Assembly (NCBI GenBank): GCA_003693705.1
Contig: RBZT01000661.1
Coordinates: 1-51,578 of the forward strand
Length of the DNA: 51,578 nucleotides
Source: Polymyxa betae A26-41
Taxonomy: Eukaryota > Protista > Endomyxa: Phytomyxea
Reading direction: 5' to 3'
The notes under the pieces are model-generated. The model made no database searches. It had not been told where the DNA came from and saw only the letters and a list, made by a program, of their open reading frames with translations. A program made the translations under genes and the position numbers. Positions 47,189 to 51,578 of the stretch are shown one piece after another; position 1 is the first letter of the stretch, and each line of letters begins with the position of its first letter.

Positions 47189-48713
47189 ATGATGATGGCG
47201 TTGGTGGAGATCGAAGACGGCCATGATAAGAGTGAATGTTGTTCCGACGATTCCAAGCTTCTGCAATTGTCGTCGGTTTTCGATCGATATTTCGATCGCG
47301 ATCGGTCTGATACCGCTGCCTTGCGCATACGTTTGTTGGCAAACTAAACATCCATCAGACTGGATATATCATACAGCCACCTTGGCAAGAACAAAGCCAA
47401 ATTCGGCCAGATCTGCGACTTCTTGATAACCGCATCAAGTCAATGCAAATCGGTTGATTTTCGACACAACCATCTCGATGCGAGTGATGCCATCCGAATT
47501 GCCAACGTGATCACCATGAATTCAACAATCACATCTCTTGGTCTGGGAATTTGCGGAATCAGAAACACATCGCTTTGCTTAGCTTTTGACAACAGATCTA
47601 CGATTCAATCAAATTGGGACAGATGGCGCCCTGCATATCAGCACAGCCATGCAGTTCAACCGCTCTCTGCAACAATGTCATCTTCAGGGAAATCCAGTCG
47701 ACATCTCTCTTCTATCACGAATAGGTTGCAGTTTTGTTTGTCAGAAGATGCAATGCTGAATACATTGCAGAGGATTACTGCAGACGGAATCGGCTTCATG
47801 AAATTCACGACCAGAACGAGAAACCTCGTTGTGATCGATTCGATCGCCAAAGAGTTTGTCTCTGTCGACTCCCTGCCAATGATGAAGGCTGAACTATCTG
47901 ATTCAGTTATTATATCGATTACGGTTCGAATCAGCTCAGGCCGCCAACCAGCACGCTGTCACCAAACGACGTCTGATGCTGTCCGACCAGCGTTTGACGA
48001 AGCTCGAAGAAACCCTCGCCCAGCATCATCACCAGCAGGACCTACAGATGCAGGCCATGGCCAATACGCTCGACAACGAACGACGCCAGCACGATCAGAA
48101 CGTCGCCCATCTCCTACGTAATCACCAATCACATCGAATCATCGCGCCTCAATCAAAATCGGATTTCAGGCTCCCAGCAAATGGCACGAACGCAATTCGA
48201 CGATGAACGTCAGCAGCTTTTGGAGCGAATCCAGGTGCGAGAGGGCCAGCACGGCACGGACCTGTTCAATCACATTTGCTGAAATGATGCATTCAGCATT
48301 GGCAATCGACGTACGATGAGGTCGTTGAACGACATGGGCGTGAGGTCGACGATCTCCGACGAACGATCGCAGCCGGAAGTGACGAGCTGCAGACGACGCG
48401 TCGGTTGCGGCGCGATTCGGACGGCGTACTGGCCCAGGCGCATCGGGACGTGGAGCGTCTGCAAGTGCAGATGACCCAGAGCCAGGACGAGATGATCAGG
48501 TTACGCCAGGAGAACGCCGCCCTGATCGCCTCGCTTGCGGCCGAGACCGATGCCCGACATCGGCTGCAGATCGATCATGAACAGGTTGAGGCTCGAGCCC
48601 AGGAGTATGGACGACGCGCTGCCCAGGCTGAGCAACGGACTCGCTGCGAATCGAAACGGTTTCAACGAGCTCGCCGGGCCGTCTTGGAGACCGTTCAACA
48701 ACTCATTCAGTAG
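47189..48713 (+). CDS. RI-type leucine-rich-repeat plus coiled-coil protein (LRRC45-like architecture)
   Basis: LRRs RLDISYSHLG, VDFRHNHLD and LDLRFNQIGTDGA, followed by long E/Q/R-rich coiled-coil exons. Start is approximate. Confidence 0.65.
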
Positions 48714-51578
48714 AATATGTTGAGATGTTTGTTAAGCGTCATGACCTGGTCTGATATCAGCAAACGTTCCATAGAAGATTTCGGTTCTATCAATTGTTTG
48801 AGCGAGTTTACAACAAACCGCAAACTGCGATGAAATGAACAATAAATCTCAATAGAATGATATCTGAGATAGACCTGCTTCATATCAATTCAAAACGTAG
48901 CCTGTGTATAAGGTTGAAGATTATCAACAGCATTCAAACTGCTCGCAATCTTTAAAATGCCCTCTCCGAAATCGGAACCTTGATTCACACCAATCCTGAG
49001 CTTTTCTGTCATCACTCCGCTGGTTCGTCTGGCAAGTTTATTGTAGCAATGAGCGGATATGTGACTGGATTCGATTCGACTAGTTTGTTGATATTAACGG
49101 GCTGGTTCTGTATCCATATCACAAAGGCCTGAGATAATACCATCTGATCATCATTCTCCTCCTCAGAACCTCCTACTTCCGTTTTCAGAGCTGGCTGTAT
49201 TTCACCCATTCAAAGAATGCAACTGTTGCTTGCTCTGTCGTTTCAGTAGGACCTACCTAGACGAGTCCCAAGAAGGTAGGATACGTACAGGCCCAATCCA
49301 GCAGATACATCAACCATGTATCAATATCATTCCAAGATTTCAATACTGATGATCCTACACGGTTGGGAAGACGAACCAATGTAAAACCGAAACGGCCGAT
49401 TGACCAAGAAGGGCCAAGATCATCATGTATCTCGTTATCTGCAGTTAGACAATTGCTCATAAATCTCTTCTGTATGTAGATGGCTGTGTTAAAAGCAGTG
49501 ATTCCCATCTGGGCGTACTGTATTCAACCACGGGATTTGAGGCGATTCGTGAATAGTTTGCACTTGATGACGTCATGCATCTTCCATCGCAAGGTTGTTA
49601 TGATGGATTCGGGCTCGTGTTCGTACTCGATACAGATAGTGGATGTGTTTTGTCTATTCGTATGACGATATCCACCATATCTTCTTGTTGTACTGTTCTA
49701 TAGTCATTTCGTGATGGGATTCGGTCGTGGGTTTTTGACAAATCTGTTTTGTTCAACATTGCTGTTTAAACAAGGTCCGAAGATTGTCCTGTCCCATTTT
49801 CTGTGTGAGATTTGTGGCCTAATCATGATATGTTGACCAATAGACGAGCAACCCAAATCATAGGTCCTGTCTGGTTTGTTAATATAAGAGGAATGGAATA
49901 GACTACTGATTTGCTGAATACAATCAATAGATGGTGTGGTATTGATATCGATGAAGGCATTGCCTCAGTACTATCAGCCTGGCTTAACTTTAACACGATA
50001 ATCGGCATACGAGATCGCACCTGTTCAGCGAAATACAACCTTGAAGAGATTGATTGGGATTTCCATAGAAATATTACGTGCTTATAACACTGTTCAAAAT
50101 GCATGTTGAATGTTTATAAGGAAATAGAGATGAAGCGAGGAAACCGATCGATGCATTCATGGATAATAGAAGATACTCAAGGTTTTCGGGACCGATTTGG
50201 GAGTGATTAATCCCCGACGCCGAATCGACAATCGACAGAAACCATCTTAAACGATAGATTTATCATGGGGTGAAATACCAGCTGAGAAAGTAAGTTCCTG
50301 AGATCCCATCATACCCTCAACCGGATTCCAGAAAATGAACAATTTTTGGTTCCATTTAAATGTTCAAGTTGCAATTCGGCTGTGAGCTCCGTTCCTGATC
50401 TGCAACGTACCATCAACGAATATGTTCATCCATCAATCATCGTTGATGGAATAAAATTGTTGTATTCGTCAACGTGTAGAAAAGGCCAACCCTACTATAA
50501 ATGCAATCATTATCGTACATCATAGAATCGGACAAATCCATGCCAGACAGGCAGTTATTGTCAAATTAGACGAAATTATCAAGCGATGAATTCGAGTCGA
50601 AAGAACGCACTGGTCGCCTTACCTCCAGCACTGAAACAATTCGAGTTGTTGATGCTGTTTGAACATGGGCGTTTTTTAGATATTGATTCTACATACTCGA
50701 TCAGATAAAGGATATAATTGACGATCTTGCAGTTCTCAACGCTCAACAACTCCCGATTCGATATTCTAGCCTTCCAATCCATTTGCACAGGCAGAAAGTT
50801 TACAGAGAGAAGTGCTATTTTACGGACTTGAACATTTATAGAGCAATGAGCAGAAACTTGATTGAAAACAGGAGCGTACCCTGAATCGGTATAATCACAC
50901 CAAGAAGCAAGACGAATCACAAAGATAAAAGAATCTCCGAATAATACTTCGAGCGAACTGCTGTTCACGCAGACGCAGCTCCGAATATGTGTTGCATGCA
51001 GTACTGCGCACCATAGCGTAACAAACAACCCGAATAAACAAACAAACGAATTCTTCCTCAATGGATTCTACCACACGCACCAACTTTGCTCAAAACTGTT
51101 CCAGTGTCAAGGCATCACTCTCAGCTCAGGTCTTTCCCATCTATTGTCGAATTCTAAAATAAATCAGTGGACTGTGATTTCATGTCCCTTGTTAGAAGTT
51201 GGTTCCGAATGTGAGAGAGGGGAGAGAACATTGCTTTTAAGAATTTTATTAGAAGAGATGTCACCGTATTGTGGTGAAATTCAGCCAAATTTCATTAATT
51301 AGATTCGATATAGAGTTGGACTCCAAGATCCGGATAAATCACGACTGAATAACCCAGATTCCGGCCGGGACTAATCTTGCTACTCATCTATTGATCCTGA
51401 GGATTAAATCCAACCCCATATATAGAGACAATAGTGGATCTGATATATAAGAACCATTAGCGCATCGATCATATATACTTTGGATTATTAGTGCGCATTT
51501 CCATATATACAGTGGCGCAGATTTGTGTCCCGTTTGGGTGACGGCGACCTCCATCTAATGACCGTAAAGGGAGTCTCC

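Overview
Eukaryotic, gene-dense nuclear DNA with many short (about 45-55 nt) GT-AG introns and very short intergenic spacers. This style suggests a compact protist genome, possibly a plasmodiophorid/phytomyxid (inference only). I spliced gene models by eye. In order: a secreted Ala/Lys-rich protein with a Gly/Tyr tail; TFIIIC WD40 subunit (GTF3C2/Tfc6-like); a small putative membrane protein; SF3B4; pyroglutamyl-peptidase I; a disordered PAM2-motif protein ending in CaaX; a PH-domain protein; a large neurobeachin/BEACH-family-like protein that lacks BEACH and ends in a C2H2 zinc finger; PIG-Y (absent from the ORF track); a 7TM-RGS whose ATG directly abuts the stop codon of an upstream 914-aa gene; three secreted class-3 lipases plus an inverted 3' fragment; an orphan ORF; a LEA_2/TMEM106-like protein; USP36-like deubiquitinase; hinderin/KIAA1328-like protein; PI synthase; an ATM1/HMT1-type ABCB half-transporter; a TPR protein; Mps1/TTK kinase; and an LRR/coiled-coil protein. 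The last ~2.8 kb is unexplained. Top leads: (1) the zero-spacer in-frame TAA-ATG junction (bicistron or readthrough), (2) the BEACH-less protein with a C2H2 finger, (3) a putative membrane-anchored PABP adaptor, (4) an inversion scar in the lipase cluster, and (5) an AT-AG intron in one lipase. No rRNA, tRNA, CRISPR or recognisable transposon was found.
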